Below are positions 40,091 to 53,549 of a DNA stretch of 64,000 bases, piece by piece. The position numbers and the translations under genes are program-made. The notes beneath the pieces are model-generated. The model searched no databases and was not told the DNA's origin. It saw only the letters and a program-made list of their open reading frames with translations. Within the stretch, counting starts at the first letter, position 1. Each line of letters starts with the position of its first letter. Source of the DNA: Glaucostegus cemiculus (Eukaryota); NCBI GenBank assembly GCA_976551045.1, contig CDPCPM010000418.1, positions 3,286,001 to 3,350,000 on the forward strand, read 5' to 3'.

Positions 40091-42359
40091 TCTATCTGGC
40101 AAAGCTTTGTGATTATTGTAACCTCTTACTCCCACACTCCTTCCATATAATCCTGCATCTCTTTCTTTTCCAGTTGCCTTTTAAATCTGCTTCCATCAGC
40201 CTTTCAAGCAGCACATAATATTTACTGTCATCGTCCTTCAGCTTTGACTGACTTTCTTTGAGGGCTGCATGGATCAGACTTTAAATGACTCTAGATGGTC
40301 ACAGTACAGCTCAAATTAGACATTAGCATCTGAGTGATTTGCCAATCAATTGGTCGTCACATTCAGAAGGCTGCAGAAAGGCTGGTTTGAAAAATGGAGA
40401 AGCTCACTTGTGCTGTAGAGTGCACCATTCTGAGATTAGGTTTAAGGCTTTCACTGTTCTTCCGGATAAACCTTTACCCAACATCAAATTCAGGTTCTCA
40501 TTTGATTAATAGTAATATTAGATAATAGTACATTGGAAAAAATTGCACTTAAGCACTTTTCATGACTTCACTATAATCCATAGCATTTTACTGCCAAGTA
40601 CCAAAAATATTGGTAGCAAAGCCTATTGCTATCGAACATCTGTTAAACTGCTTGAGCTTGAAGATCATGGTAAACATAAAACAAAGATGAACAGTCAAAA
40701 AGCAAACAACTACAGATGCTGGAAATGGGAAATAAAAATACACAGCAGGTTCTGGTGAAGGGGCTGCTGAAATATTAACTGTTTTTCTCTTCATTGATGC
40801 TGGCCAACCTGCTGACTATTTCCAGTATTTTCCATTTTTTATTACAAAAACCAGCAGACATTTTTACCTGAACATGTCAGTGTCAAAAGTATATGAGATA
40901 AATCCCAAATAACATTATCAGGAGTGTTATCTAATCTTGTTTTCTCAAATTAAAAGGAAGCAAAATTGCTCTCTGGAACCGTAAAAATAAACAACGCACC
41001 ATAAGTTACCAAAAAATCCTATGATGCTTCACAGAAGCATTGTCAAACAAAGTTTTTGACCAAACCATAGAGTGAGGTACTCAGGAACATGAGCAAAAGT
41101 TTGCTCAAACAGATTTGTTTTAGGAAGAGTTGAAGAAAAAGGGAGGGAAGTAAAGTGCCAGAGAGGTTTAAGGAGTTGCAAGAGACTGCAGATGCTGGGA
41201 TATGGAGCACTAAACAATCTGCTGGGGGAACTTAGTGGTCGAGCAACATCTGTGGAGTAAAGGAATTGTCAATGTTTCAGGTCAAGATCCTGCATCACAA
41301 CTCCAATCCCCAAGCCAATTTTGGATCCAGTTTGGCAAAACACTTTGGGTCCCATGTGACTTAACTTTCTGGACCATCCCAAGGTTTAAGAAGGGAATTC
41401 CAGAGTTTAGGTTCTTGGCAGCTGAAGGCACACTCACCAACAGTGAAGTGAATAAATTTAGGGATAATCATGAGGATTTTTCAGTCTTCAATTTAAAACA
41501 AGTGGCTCATGCTCTTTATCAATTAAGAGTGCTAAATGATAATTATTAAATTATGTAATTCTCTTTCCTCAAATTGTGCTTACTGCTAGTTATACCTAGT
41601 CAACTCCAAAAGAGAGAACAAATACTTGTTGTTTGAAGTGCCAGTTTACTCATTTTCTTTCAGAATGCACCAGGTCCTTCCTTGTGTACATTCCCCTGGT
41701 TATCAGCAGCAAACTTACCTTCACCCTCCACCCAACAAATCAGTAACTTTTCAGCAGTGGGAGAGCTCAGAAGAGGATTAGAATGGATGTTGCCTCTCAG
41801 TCCTAAGGAGAGGCCAGTGATAGGCACCCAGGACCTGATCTGGAGGAACTTTTGACAACCTGTGCATACAAATGAGTGTTTGGGATACCTATGGGATGGA
41901 TGGGGATGGATTTGGCGGCTGCACACCATTTGAATGCTGTCTGACCTACCGAGTGTTTCTAGCATTTTCTGTTTTTATTTCAGATTTCCACCATCTGCAG
42001 TCTTTTTTTTGATTTTCATGAAAACAAATAATCTGGTTATCATCACAGTGCTGCATGTGGGAGTTTGCAATGTGCAAACTGGCTGTACATTTCTTATTTT
42101 AGAACAGTGATAACTTTAGAAGTACCTTCAAAAGCACTTTTGGATTTGTATAGGTTGTGACAGGCACTACAGGAAAACAAGTTATTTTGTTAATAAAAGC
42201 ATAATGAAAGCGGTTGCATTCTTCTTAATCTCTCCAAATTGTCTGGAGCTGAACAAATTAAAACACAATTGTGTTTAAGCAATAGGTCCAATTCCTGGCA
42301 TACATGAACTCCACACAACTGACTGACTGGTCTTCTGGAATTAGATGCAAACACAGGCA

Positions 42360-42418
42360 TATGCAAACACACACATGCGCACGCATACACACACATACAA
42401 ACACACACAAGTGTGTGT
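42360..42418. repeat. (CA)n-rich microsatellite
   Basis: Seen directly. Confidence 0.8.
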
Positions 42419-42564
42419 AAAATTCAAAGTGGTGGAAACAATAGACTTGGGTTTTTCGGAAACTATTCAGTAACTAAGAAATACACACTTAAGTAATCCG
42501 TATAAATCCCTGGTTGAAATTACTCAAGATTTTTCAATATGCACTTAATTAATATGCATAAACT

Positions 42565-43690
42565 CCATGGTTGAGATGGTCTAGAAAGTGAAGGCACATG
42601 GGCTTCAAAGTATTTTGTCAAACTGGATCCAAAATTGGCTTGGTGTTAGGAGACAGAGGGTAGTGGTGGAGAGTTGCTTTTCTGACTGGTAGCCTGTAAT
42701 AAGTGGCGTACTGCAAGTATCAGTGCTGGAATCTTTGCTGTTTGTCACATTTTTAAATGACTTGAATAAGAATGTCTGTGATCTGATAAGTAAGTATGCT
42801 CACAACATGAAGATTGGTGGAGTTGTAGACAGTGACGAAGGTTGCCTAAGGATACAGAGAGACATAGATCAGCTGGAAAGTTGGGCAGAACAGTGGCAGA
42901 TGGAATTTAATCCAGACAAGTGTGACGTAATGTATTTTGGGTTATCTAATACTTGCCAGATTTATACAGTAAACAGCAGGCACTTGAGAAGCATTGAGGC
43001 ACAGAAGGACATTGGAGTGCAAGTTCAGAGCTCCCTGAAAATTGCAACACAGGCTTATATTCTAGTGAAGAAGGCACTTAGCTTGCTTTCCTTTGGGGAC
43101 GGGAAACGGATACAAGAGTTGGGCCATCATGTTGTAGCTGTACAAGACATTGGTTGGGCCATACTTGGAATATTGTGTGCAGTTCTGGTTACCACACCAC
43201 AGAAAGGATGTGGGTGTACTAGAAAGAATGCAGATGATATTTACCAGGATGTTTTCTGGAAAAGAGGGCTTTAGTTACAAGGAGAGCTTGGATGGACTGG
43301 GATTGTGCTCAGTGGAGCACAGGAGGCTAAGGAATAGCCTTACAGAAGTTCATAAAATTATGAGGGCCATATATAAGCTAGATAGTTACAGTCTTTTTCC
43401 AAGGGTAGGGGAGTATAAAACTAAAGTACATGGACTTAAGTTAAGAGGGGAAAATGGAGATTGGAGGGGCAAGTTTTTAATACGCAGTGTTGGGTATATG
43501 GTACAAGCTGAGAAAGGAGGTGGTAGAGGCAGGTAAAATCATAGTGCTTAAGAAGCAATAGGACAGGTGCATGAATAGAAAAGGAATAGAGTGATATGGG
43601 CCAAATGCAGGAAAACAGAGTTAGCATAGATGAGCATTTTGGTCTACATGGATGAGCCAGGCCAACGGGTGGTTTCCGTACTGTGTGAGA
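42565..43690 (+). mobile_element. 5'-truncated CR1 LINE (RT domain to 3' tail), frameshifted
   Basis: ORFs 42723-43274 and 43150-43536 contain ISKYAHNMKIGGVVDS (YADD-like), IQRDIDQLESWAEQWQMEFNPDKC and PYLEYCVQFWLPHHRKD. Tail gggtggtttccgtactgtgtgagactct. Confidence 0.92.
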
Positions 43691-44269
43691 CTCTGCTATT
43701 AATGGAGAAGCTGAAGTTGTCCTTCTTACTGAGGAGAAGTCAAAGGGGTTATGATGGAGGTGTTTAAAATCATAGTTAGTGTAAATAAAGACTGCATTGT
43801 CAATGACCAAAGGATGTAGATCATATTTTATGCTGTAAGCAATTTACTGATCGAAATGGCAGCAGAAAAAGATTCATTAGTAACTTTCTAAAGCAAACTA
43901 CATTAATGCTTAAAAAGAAAAGTTCCTGAAGCTTGAGGGAAAGAAAAGGAGTGAAGTCTACTAATTGGATAATATCTTTTAAAAAGCTAACACAGTCACC
44001 TTGGGCCAAATGACCACCTGCTGCATCAATCAATGATTATCACCTTGAATATCGAGCTATATTTCCCTACATTTTGTGACTAAATTGCAGTAAGTGAAAA
44101 TTAGTAAACTTAGTACACAAACAGCAATGTTGGTAACATCATTTTGAGGCATCTGATTTTTTTGTTTATCTTTTATCTGTTTGGCCTGAAACTTACAATT
44201 CATGTACTTCTCCCACAATGCAACATCAACACCTCCTCCAGGAGGCAACAGAGACTCCATAGAGTTAGG

Positions 44270-44465
44270 GAGTCATAGAGTCACACAGCACAGAAACAGG
44301 CCCTTCAACCCACTGAGTCTATGCTGACCATCAAGAACCCATTGACTTTAATGCCATTTTATTCTTTCCATATTCCCATCAACTTCCCCCAGATTCTGAC
44401 ACCCACCGACACACTAGTGGCAACTTGCAGCAGCCAATCAAACTACCAATCTACACGTCTCTGGC
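44270..44465 (-). mobile_element. V-SINE/CR1-tail 3' fragment
   Basis: (catagagt)n tail followed by acagcacagaaacaggcccttcaaccc. Confidence 0.7.
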
Positions 44466-45389
44466 TTTTACTACATTGAAGGCAAGCCATGTTACTGACT
44501 CCTGCCTCCACCGTGCGTTCTCTTGACAGCCCCAACACAATTCAGACTGAGAACTGAGAGGAGGCAGCACAGCACTTTGCCAAGCTTACGCTTTCTTTGC
44601 TCTGGGATACCCAGTGCCAACCCCACCCGCTCCTCAATGACACAACACACCCAACCTGCAATCTAGAAGCTCAAACTTCTGTCTGGTACTTGAAGGGTTA
44701 AATGGGGCCAGCACTCAATTACTGCTTGATAACAGTTACTCAAGAAAGGGAAAAGTACAGTTAACACTCCAACCAAAACCTGTGCCTAAGTGGCTGTCCA
44801 TAATAGGATTCTCCTGTGTGTTCAGATATACATTAGAAACCTAGTGAGGTCCGGTCTCCTGCTGTGCCAACTGAACTTACCCAGTGACATAGCTATAACA
44901 GCCTGGGCTGTCTGCCAGACAGGCTGTTCATTACTAGGCAGACTGCTGATCTGGCCTCCTTTACTCTCAGGGGATTGGGGGAGGGGTGGGGTGGGTGGGG
45001 AGGAGTGGGGGAGGTGTGTTGTAAGAAAATGGCATTGCACAATACCTAGGCATACATTCTTTTTTAAAAACTCTTTGGGCTTACCGCTTAATGGTTTACT
45101 TACATCTGTTAGTGAGGTGTCCCGTGTTCCAGATACATCTTACCAAGCAGGTAGAAAGAAAGGATTGTCTTGTTTAACTGAATTTTCTCTCTCCCTCTGC
45201 AATCTGCCTTTTTTTCCTTCTCTCTGAACACAGTCTAGCACAAAGATTCATTGTTTTCCCTTCAGTGTGCCTCGCGCGCCTCTTGCTAGCAAGGTCAACT
45301 GTACCAGGTATCTGGTTTTAATTAAGTAACAGACATCACTGGACTACCTCGACATTTTATACTACAAGGTTGTTCAGTGAAATGAGCCT

Positions 45390-45848
45390 GTATACATACT
45401 TACATACACTCTCATACTTACACACTAACATACTGGAACACAGGCACTCGTATCTACACACTCCTACAGTTAAGCATACATATTCATACATATTCACATT
45501 CACTGACAAGCACATTCACACTCTATCTAGCACACACATTCTCTCTAATGTACACATTTATACATTCACATGCATACCATCACACGCTCAGTCTAACAGA
45601 CACAATTACGCTGATTCTTGCACTCAATTCATATGTAAACACACACTCATTCAACGTACACCCATGCATGCTTTAATATACACACATATACTTACTCAGA
45701 CATACCATCTCACACTTACGTACACACACACATTCACTCTACATACACAATAGTATATTTTCTCATTCATTAACATGTAAAGTCAAATATACACTCACAT
45801 TCACTAACATACACATTCATTTCAACATACACACATACTCATACGCTC
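45390..45848. repeat. Degenerate CA-rich low-complexity tract
   Basis: Repeated cacac/catac/cactc motifs; explains ORF 45370-45753. Confidence 0.85.
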
Positions 45849-45849
45849 A

Positions 45850-46012
45850 TGCCTAGAAATTTATCCCTGATTAGCAATGATAACTTTGCTGCATATTAGA
45901 GATGATGCACTCTAATCTGCCTTTGGAGTGACGAATTCCATAGGCAGGGTAAAACACGCTAATATACTCTCAAGTGTATTAGGTGCTAATGACGGGGATA
46001 AATTTCTAGGCA
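45850..46012. repeat. 163-bp palindromic multi-hairpin element, possibly an ancient non-autonomous DNA-transposon relic (MER133-like from memory, unverified)
   Basis: Perfect 18-bp terminal inverted repeat TGCCTAGAAATTTATCCC (45850-45867) / GGGATAAATTTCTAGGCA (45995-46012), extended by ATTAGCA/TGCTAAT, enclosing three internal hairpins. Confidence 0.85.
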
Positions 46013-47229
46013 AGTACTTATTCATGCATGCCCTCTCACACACACAAAACATTGGAGTACAAACTTCCACACCCCTGCTTTAACTTGCTTGTTTTATTTG
46101 TTCTAACTGTAAAGAATTTATTTTTCTCGCATCTCTCTCTCTCTTGTCGTCAGCCTCATTATATCTACATTATTCGATGTAACATCACTGTTTGATAACC
46201 ACAAAGCCAAGTGGTTATAAAGGTATCTCTCTCCAGTTCTTTACCAGGTTCTATTTTACTCTTTTCAATGTAAATTCCCATGTCCACCTTCAGACCTGAA
46301 GCTGCGATTACACATTCTGATCATTGGTGGTACTGTAGAGCCTCCATTGGGTGCAGGGTGTAATTACAGCGTGACATGTTTACACAGGCAGTTTCCATGA
46401 TCAATGTGGCCAAAGGACTCTATAAATTGAAGGAATTGATAGGAAGTGAGTACCAAGAAGTGAGGGCGAATTTCAGAATGATTCTCACTGCGGTTTTCTA
46501 TAATTTCTATCACTCAATTTGGGCAGATGAATGGAAGTATCCCACTAAATGTTCACATCTAGATTTTTGTACTAGCTTATCTTGTTAATGGTGCTGAGTT
46601 AGAAGCAAAGGATTATTAGATTATGAGATACAGGTATAATTAAAGTGTCATTTTAAAGTCTACTGTCCCACCTTTATTTTCAGTTTCTCATTATAAACTC
46701 CAAAGATAACCTCATGCTTTATTATGCTCTCTTATGTTATGTCATAAATTATGACACTGCACCAACTCTATCCGGGGAATGTGGCACATTTACTTGCCAA
46801 CATTATATCATCTGATAGAGGGTGTGTTGTATAACATATACACAGATTAGCGCACTCAATAGCAAACAATGTATTGCATATTAAGTATAGGAATGTACAT
46901 CCTTCAGCACACTACAGACTATTGGATAAACATATATACAGGACCATCAAGCACAGTAGCATTTATTGTGGTATGCAATGACACAAGTGTATTGCATCAA
47001 GAAACATGTAGCTTTTAAGTATATAACGAGACACAGGAATACTCTACTGAGTAACACAAGGTGTGGCATTATTTAGTATAGGTAGGAGTTTCATTGATGA
47101 ACTTGCAGATAGAAACTAAAATGTTATAGTTTTCACTACTAGTGAGTGTGTGTAACTGCATTGTGACAAATAAAAAAATGTCATTCTCTTTATTAATGCT
47201 GACAGATGAGTTTTCAATAACAGAAATAA

Positions 47230-47575
47230 CTTAGGGAAGAAACATTGTCATTCCAAAATATTTTACAGTCAATAAATACTTTTGAAATCTAAAGCAAAGT
47301 GGTAGGTATCCTGCGTACAAGTTGCTAAAGATTGCAATAAGATAAATGATTAGATAGCTCTGTGAGATGAATAAATGTTGACTGAGACACTGGGAAAATT
47401 CCCCTGCTCTTCTTCCAAAATAGTACATTTGTCTGGGAGGGCAGACATGATCTCAGTTTAAAATCTCAGTTGAAAGACACCACCTCTAGGCGTACAGTAC
47501 ACACTCAGCACTGTAGTGGCACAGTTAGCCTAGATTACATGCTTAAGAATGAATCTTTGCTCTTCTAACTTAAGA
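47230..47575 (-). mobile_element. Deu-domain SINE
   Basis: gatgaataaatgttgactgagacactggg, ccctgctcttcttccaaaatagt and gggcagac are the reverse Deu domain. Confidence 0.75.
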
Positions 47576-49826
47576 TGATATCAGTAACAAAACTGTGAGA
47601 TGCCTTTGTCCAATACTTTAACACAGACATTAAATAATCACATAATAAAATCCAATAATGATCCTGCTTCTTCATTTACACCTCCTCTGGACTTATTTTT
47701 TTGCTTTTCTAAGGTACTTCATTACCACCTTCTCTTACCTTGCAACATCATCTGCTTTATCATCTAATCTCTCCTTTATTTGACCCTATTAATGTTTTCT
47801 CTGTAACAATTAGCTTTAAGGATAATTTTATACCGGTGGATTTTTACCTGGACTTAAACTGGCCTTACCTCGTTCATCCAGGGTGTCTGTCAGGATATTT
47901 TAAGTTCGAAGTCCCCTCACAAATAAAGACCTATATGTTACGGTATGCTGCAGAAATATTAATCTGACACTGAACAGTCACCCAGATATTAATAAGGGAC
48001 TAAGAAAACCACAAATAGAGACCAGTCAATATCAAAAAAGTAGAAGTGTGCTCTCTGTAGGTATAACAGCCTTGCTAAAGTGTTGTGTTCTCCAACCCAA
48101 ACCCTCAAGGAAGTCAGGGAGGGGATTCCTTAGAACACCAAATACTGATTATTACTGGTTCCTGTCATCTTAATTTTCTTTTGCCCTACTTTTCTGATTG
48201 CAATGAGCCCTGCTGGATTAGGGTTCCAAGAGCAACTGCATTACCTTACTACTTAGATTGATAGACTATTGATTAAAGGCATTTAGGGATATGAAGGTAA
48301 AGAAAGTAGACAAAACTGAGGGACAATTCAGGAATAATTGAATTGTAGAATAGGCTCAATGAGCTGAATGACCTCCTCCTGTTCCAGCATTCCAAGAGCA
48401 CTGTATTTCATGTGTGAACCTGGAGAATGATTCTGTCACCTCTCATTGTCTCTAGCTGCACAACCTAGCTAGTGTCTAAATGAACAGTGGGAACCCATGG
48501 ATGATTTACCCTTTCCTAATCCAACATCGCTGAGATCAGTGGATTTCGTATAGAATGGGTCTAATCATGGCAGCTGCAGATCTCTACGGCACAATTCAAT
48601 GTCCTGCAATGGATGTACCTTTACCTTCCGAGCCAATGAGTAAATGTTGTAACAAGATCAAGTGGGTTTTCTCAGCATATTCACTCTTTTCATTTGAAGC
48701 ATGAAATGAACTCAGTCACCTGTTGTCAGTAAACATGCTTCGACAAGCCTATCTGAATCAGGTCACAGTTACAAAAATCTCCAAACCTTTCAAATAATAT
48801 GAAACAGAGAAAAAACAGTGCACAAAGTAAATTTTGGCATTTTTCTACTGACTTTCCAACAAAGTGAATAATTTTCAAAGATCCACATTTCATGGATGTG
48901 AATTAGAGTTCCCTCAACAATTTGGGAATGATTAAAAATGAATGTCTTTGGACTTTAGGCTTTTAATCCCTGCTTTGGGGAACCTGAGTCATGGGTCCTG
49001 GTTTGGTAGGGAAGAAATAGCATGGATACAATTGGTCACTGTTCCAAAGCAGCTCGTACTTTCCTTTCTCAATAAACTTGATTACATCAAAAGCTGTGCT
49101 ACCACGGTTGGACACTTGGCTAGAGGGATATGGTAAGCTGGTAGAGTTGAGGGACATGGCAAGATGGTGCTGTTGAGAGTTATGATGAAGTGGTGGGATT
49201 GATGGATCAGATGAGAAGATAGGTTGTATGAATTTGGCAATATGGTGGGTGTGAGGGGTTTGGCAAACTGGCAATTTTGAAGGATAACTGAGAAGATGGG
49301 GACAAGGGATATGGTAAGAAGGTGAGGGAGACAGAGAGGGTGAGATCAACAGAAATGGTGGGAAGGTGTGGTCAAGGGATATGGTGTGATGGTAGGGTTC
49401 ATAGATATGGTGAGAAACTGGGGCTGAGCTTCATGCAAAGAAAATTGTTGTTGGTAGTTAGCAATATAATTACAAAGTGACCATGTGGGATTCAGACTGG
49501 TCTTGTTTGGTCCAAGTTATAGTCTTCTATTTATACCACATGAAGCTCATTTCATAACTTCAGTAGTCCAATTGTTGTTAAATCAAATGTGTTGCACAAA
49601 AGAGACTCACCCCCATTGACAAAGTGCCAGGTCACCATGATGTCCTTTGTGTGCCTGGAATACCTCTGCCCATTATTTAGGTCTGCTATTTACAAAAACA
49701 CAGAGCAAGCATTATGGTCTGAATTAATTACAGGACAAACTGTATTACTACATTCACAATGTCCGGGTCAGGTGGTAGCCAGGTTCATGATCATTAAGCA
49801 TGGAGAGTGGGGTGTTACTTGATATA

Positions 49827-50155
49827 CAGGCAGTCCCTGGGTTACGTAAGGGTTCTGTTCTTGAGTACGGTCTGTAAGCTGATTTCTCTGTAAATCAGAA
49901 ATGTCTGTTTTCTATAGTAACCCATATCATAGCGCTCTACACACACTTGTTATAATTCTTTTATTTCATTCAATAATCACCCTAACATTGCTCATAATTA
50001 AACTCATGGAATATATAATGCATCCAGTCATTAATGAATAACATGAAACATTTTGTTATTATTATTGTTTGAAAAATGCTTTAAAAATGTATGGGAGAAT
50101 ATGCGTGAGGTCAGATTTCTGTATGTCAGGTCATTTGTATCCTGGGGAGCCCCTG
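49827..50155. mobile_element. Tc1/mariner (Tigger/pogo-type) MITE
   Basis: TA|CAGGCAGTCCCTGGGTTACG ... TGTATCCTGGGGAGCCCCTG|TA: imperfect terminal inverted repeats starting CAG, a TA target duplication and an AT-rich non-coding interior. Confidence 0.8.
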
Positions 50156-50599
50156 TATATATTAGCCCTTAGTATTTCCTTGACACTCTTATTACTTTAT
50201 TTTTGTCAATAAAGACACTCCCAACTCAGTATGTGGCCCTGGCAGGGGAGGACAGAATTATCGAATCATTGAAACTCATAGTCATAGGATCATAGAAAGT
50301 CATGGAGTAATAGTAATAGAGAAATACAGCAGAGAAATGGACTCTTCGCTCCACCAAGTCCATGCCAAACATCAACCACCCATTTTTATACTAATCCTAT
50401 GTTAATACATATTATTCTCTCATGTTCCCATCAACTCCTGTGCTGATTCTTTTGGAGAGGTGGTTCCCTACACTTTGTCTGCAACCCAGAATGGTTAATC
50501 AAGAATTCAGTGAAAATGAAGAAAAGTCAAGATTATAAAACAATAAAAATATGGAAACTTTAGACTTGGCATAGTTTCATTTATGTTATCAGTAGGCAT

Positions 50600-51150
50600 T
50601 GAGCTGAGTGTCTCAACTGAACAGAACCAGTCCCAAATTAAAGCAGGACAGGGTGTTGGGATTCCACACAGAGTAACAGCACATGGATGAGGAGGCACAA
50701 AGCAGGGTTTATGGTGTCAGGATACAGAAGCAATGCAGAAAGTATGATCAAGTTCCACAAGGGTGATACCAGAAATGAGAGGTTAATCCCACTTGGGAAA
50801 ATTGAACAATTGCTTTTTTCCAAAGAAGAGGAATTTGTTTGGCTGGATGTGGAGAAGATAGTTCCCTCTGTGTGCAGACATGGGATCAGGGTTCATAAAA
50901 ATAATATGCAAAAAGCTAATGAATGTATTTAAGGTGAATTTCTTTATCCAGCAATTTGTGAGAATGTGATATCACAAAATGTGGTGGAGCTCAACAGCAT
51001 GGATGCATTTGAGGGAGAAGGTAAATTAACATGAGGGAGAAAAGAGTAGAAGGGTGTCCTGTGAGAATAAAATGAAGTAATATGAGACAAAGTCAGCATG
51101 GAGCATATTGCCAGTGAGGGCTGAATGTCCAGCTTCAGAGCTGCACATTC
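50600..51150 (+). mobile_element. CR1 3' fragment, decayed
   Basis: ORF 50687-50932 resembles the CR1 ORF2 C-terminus (SGYRSNAESMIKFHKGDTR...). A tail is present near 51100-51150. Confidence 0.6.
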
Positions 51151-52699
51151 CATGTTTCTCAGCAGGAAAGAATGAAACCAGATCACAATGGGTGCTTTCA
51201 AGCACCTCCTGATGGGCAGTAATGAGAATAGCCTCAGAACAGGCCAGGTGTGTCACAGCACAGCATAGATACACACCACTCTTCCAAAATATCTCTACTA
51301 GTATTAAGGTTCTGCACCAGCAAATAAGAAACATCTCTCAGTGCTGCAAGAAGATTTGGCTTAATCCTCCAGTGATGATGAGATTAACAGTTATAGACAA
51401 ATATTGTCTTTAAAAAGAAGGCCAATGTCAGGGAAAGGGTAGAGAGAAATTATATCCTCCGCTGGGGGAATCCAGAACAAGGAGCACAATCTAACAGTTA
51501 GAGCCAGTTTATTCAGCACGATGTGAAAAAGAGCTTGTCGTGAAAAGGAAGGTGAAATACTGAGGTTGATAGGGCATGAGAGTTTATGGAAGCAAGATGG
51601 AGTTAAGATATAGATCAGCCATAATCTAACCAAATGGCATAACGGGCTTAAAGAACTGAATAAACCCATTTTTCCTATGAAAGCAACTGCTCAGTTGGAT
51701 TGAACCCTTGGCTTGATGGGGGTCATTCCAACTACTCAATCAAGTTTAGTCTGGAATTCTCTGTCTGCAGGAGTGGTGGAAAAGAATCAATCAGTGTCTT
51801 CAAGGGAGATTGGATAAGCACTTGAGAAAGAATAATTTCCTCAGCTATAGGGGAAAAGAGTGGGATTGATGGAATTGCTTTATTAGGAGCCAGCATAGAG
51901 GATAGGCCAAATGTTTCCTCCTAAGCTATAACAATTCTGTGAGTCTGTGAGACCCATACTTGGCTCTGAATTTAGTTTGGCACCAGTTGTATAGGGGACC
52001 CCTCTTTACATAGTGTGTGCAAGCCCATAAAAATTTCCCTAATGCCACATGGGAATAACTATAAAGGAGGGCTTTACAGAATAGAAGGATATAAAAATGA
52101 CCTGCTAATGATCCTGTGAACAATTTGTATTGTTCTCCAATGGAAAATAAAAAAATGTCTCTGAGACTTTTAGCACTGACTGAAAGCAGTGAGGAAGGAA
52201 CGGCTATGCTGCCACACAGCAGAAGATGGCGCTTAACTTAGGCAAGCTGCCAAGGCAGAAAGTGGGTGAGTATTATTAAACTGGATAGTGTAGGAAGAGG
52301 GAGCAGTAATGGGTTAAATGGCCCCTTCAGTCTGCTCCATTATTAATAAGATAATGCCACACCTGCTACCTCAACCTCACCTTCCTTCCAAAACCTCTTA
52401 ACAAATATTGGAAGGCAGAGAAAATCACTGGATGAGCAGCACAGAGTTTGCCAGAGGCCCCACCTGCTGACCCCAGATGATCCAGCCCAACAATTCATCA
52501 GAACTGAGGGAAGTCAGAAATGAAATGGGTTTTAAGTTAAAGGGAAAGGGAGGAGTGGAGAGAAAGTGTGAACACTTTCTCAAGACAGCATCTGTCCTTC
52601 TACCTGCTCCTTCACTCTCATCTAGGGACCCAATCCTTCTTCCAGGTGAAGCTGTGACCGACATGAATATTCAAAGGTCTCCCCCTGCAGTGGGGAACC

Positions 52700-53205
52700 A
52701 AATGCTAATCAAGTGACCACTTTACAGGACACCTCTTAGCGGTCCTGATGCCTGTCACTTTAATTCTCCATCCCTCTCCCACTCTGATTGTTTTGCTTGG
52801 CCTGCTATACTTTTCCAACAAAGCTGTTCAAGAAACAGCAATGCATCTTTCCATTTGGCACATTGCAATCTTCAGGGCATATTGAATTCAACAATTCTGG
52901 CCTTCTTATCACATTTCCAACATACAGTACCTTTTCCCTCTCCACCTCTGGTATTTCAGATGTCATTCCTCTCTGCCTATGTACACCTGCTATGACATAC
53001 CTTTACTACCCTCCCTCAGTCACCCTATCACAGAACTTGCCCTTGGTTCTATCCACCCCTCACTTTCTCTGCAACTTTAAACCATTTCGTTCCTAACTTT
53101 TCCCTGATCTGAAGAACGGCCATCAACCCATCACATTAACTATGTTCCTTCCTGCACAGATGCTACCTGACCTGCTGAATGTTTCCAGCAATTTTTATTT
53201 CAGCT
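52700..53205 (+). mobile_element. Penelope-like 3' fragment (GIY-YIG C-terminus and pLTR)
   Basis: Encodes ACHFNSPSLSHSD and KQQCIFPFGTLQSSGHIEFNN. CTGAAGA lies at 53109 and the terminus reads acagatgctacctgacctgctgaatgtttccagca. Confidence 0.75.
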
Positions 53206-53549
53206 GTTTCTGTACAGAGGCGGCCATGAGGCATATTTTATAAGCTCTGGCTTTGGTTCCAGCAACAACGCAGCACACAGCTCGGAACAGTGTAAAAATG
53301 CCACAGCGATCAATTCAATAGACCCTTGACCAATTTCGTGATTTTTTGGGGGAAATTTGAGTGGATGATAGCAAGGTTCACATGCACTGAAAGAAGGTGT
53401 CAATTTTTAGGCACATTTCTCTTAATTTATAGATTTGAAAAGAAATCAGAGCCCCAGTTCCGTTACAGTTACAAAACAAAAACAAATCACTCAGGCCAAC
53501 TAGGCTATTTTAGTGTGGTTGCCTCACTAGTTATCTTTCCCTTCTTCCT

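Noticed and set aside
42723-43536. Longest ORFs (183 and 128 aa) as a host gene
   Set aside because: Frameshifted CR1 reverse transcriptase with a mutated catalytic motif.
45370-45753. 127-aa His/Thr-rich ORF
   Set aside because: Translation of a CA-rich repeat.
52219-52232. CTCF/YY1-like motif GCAGAAGATGGCGC
   Set aside because: A single imperfect motif with no supporting context.
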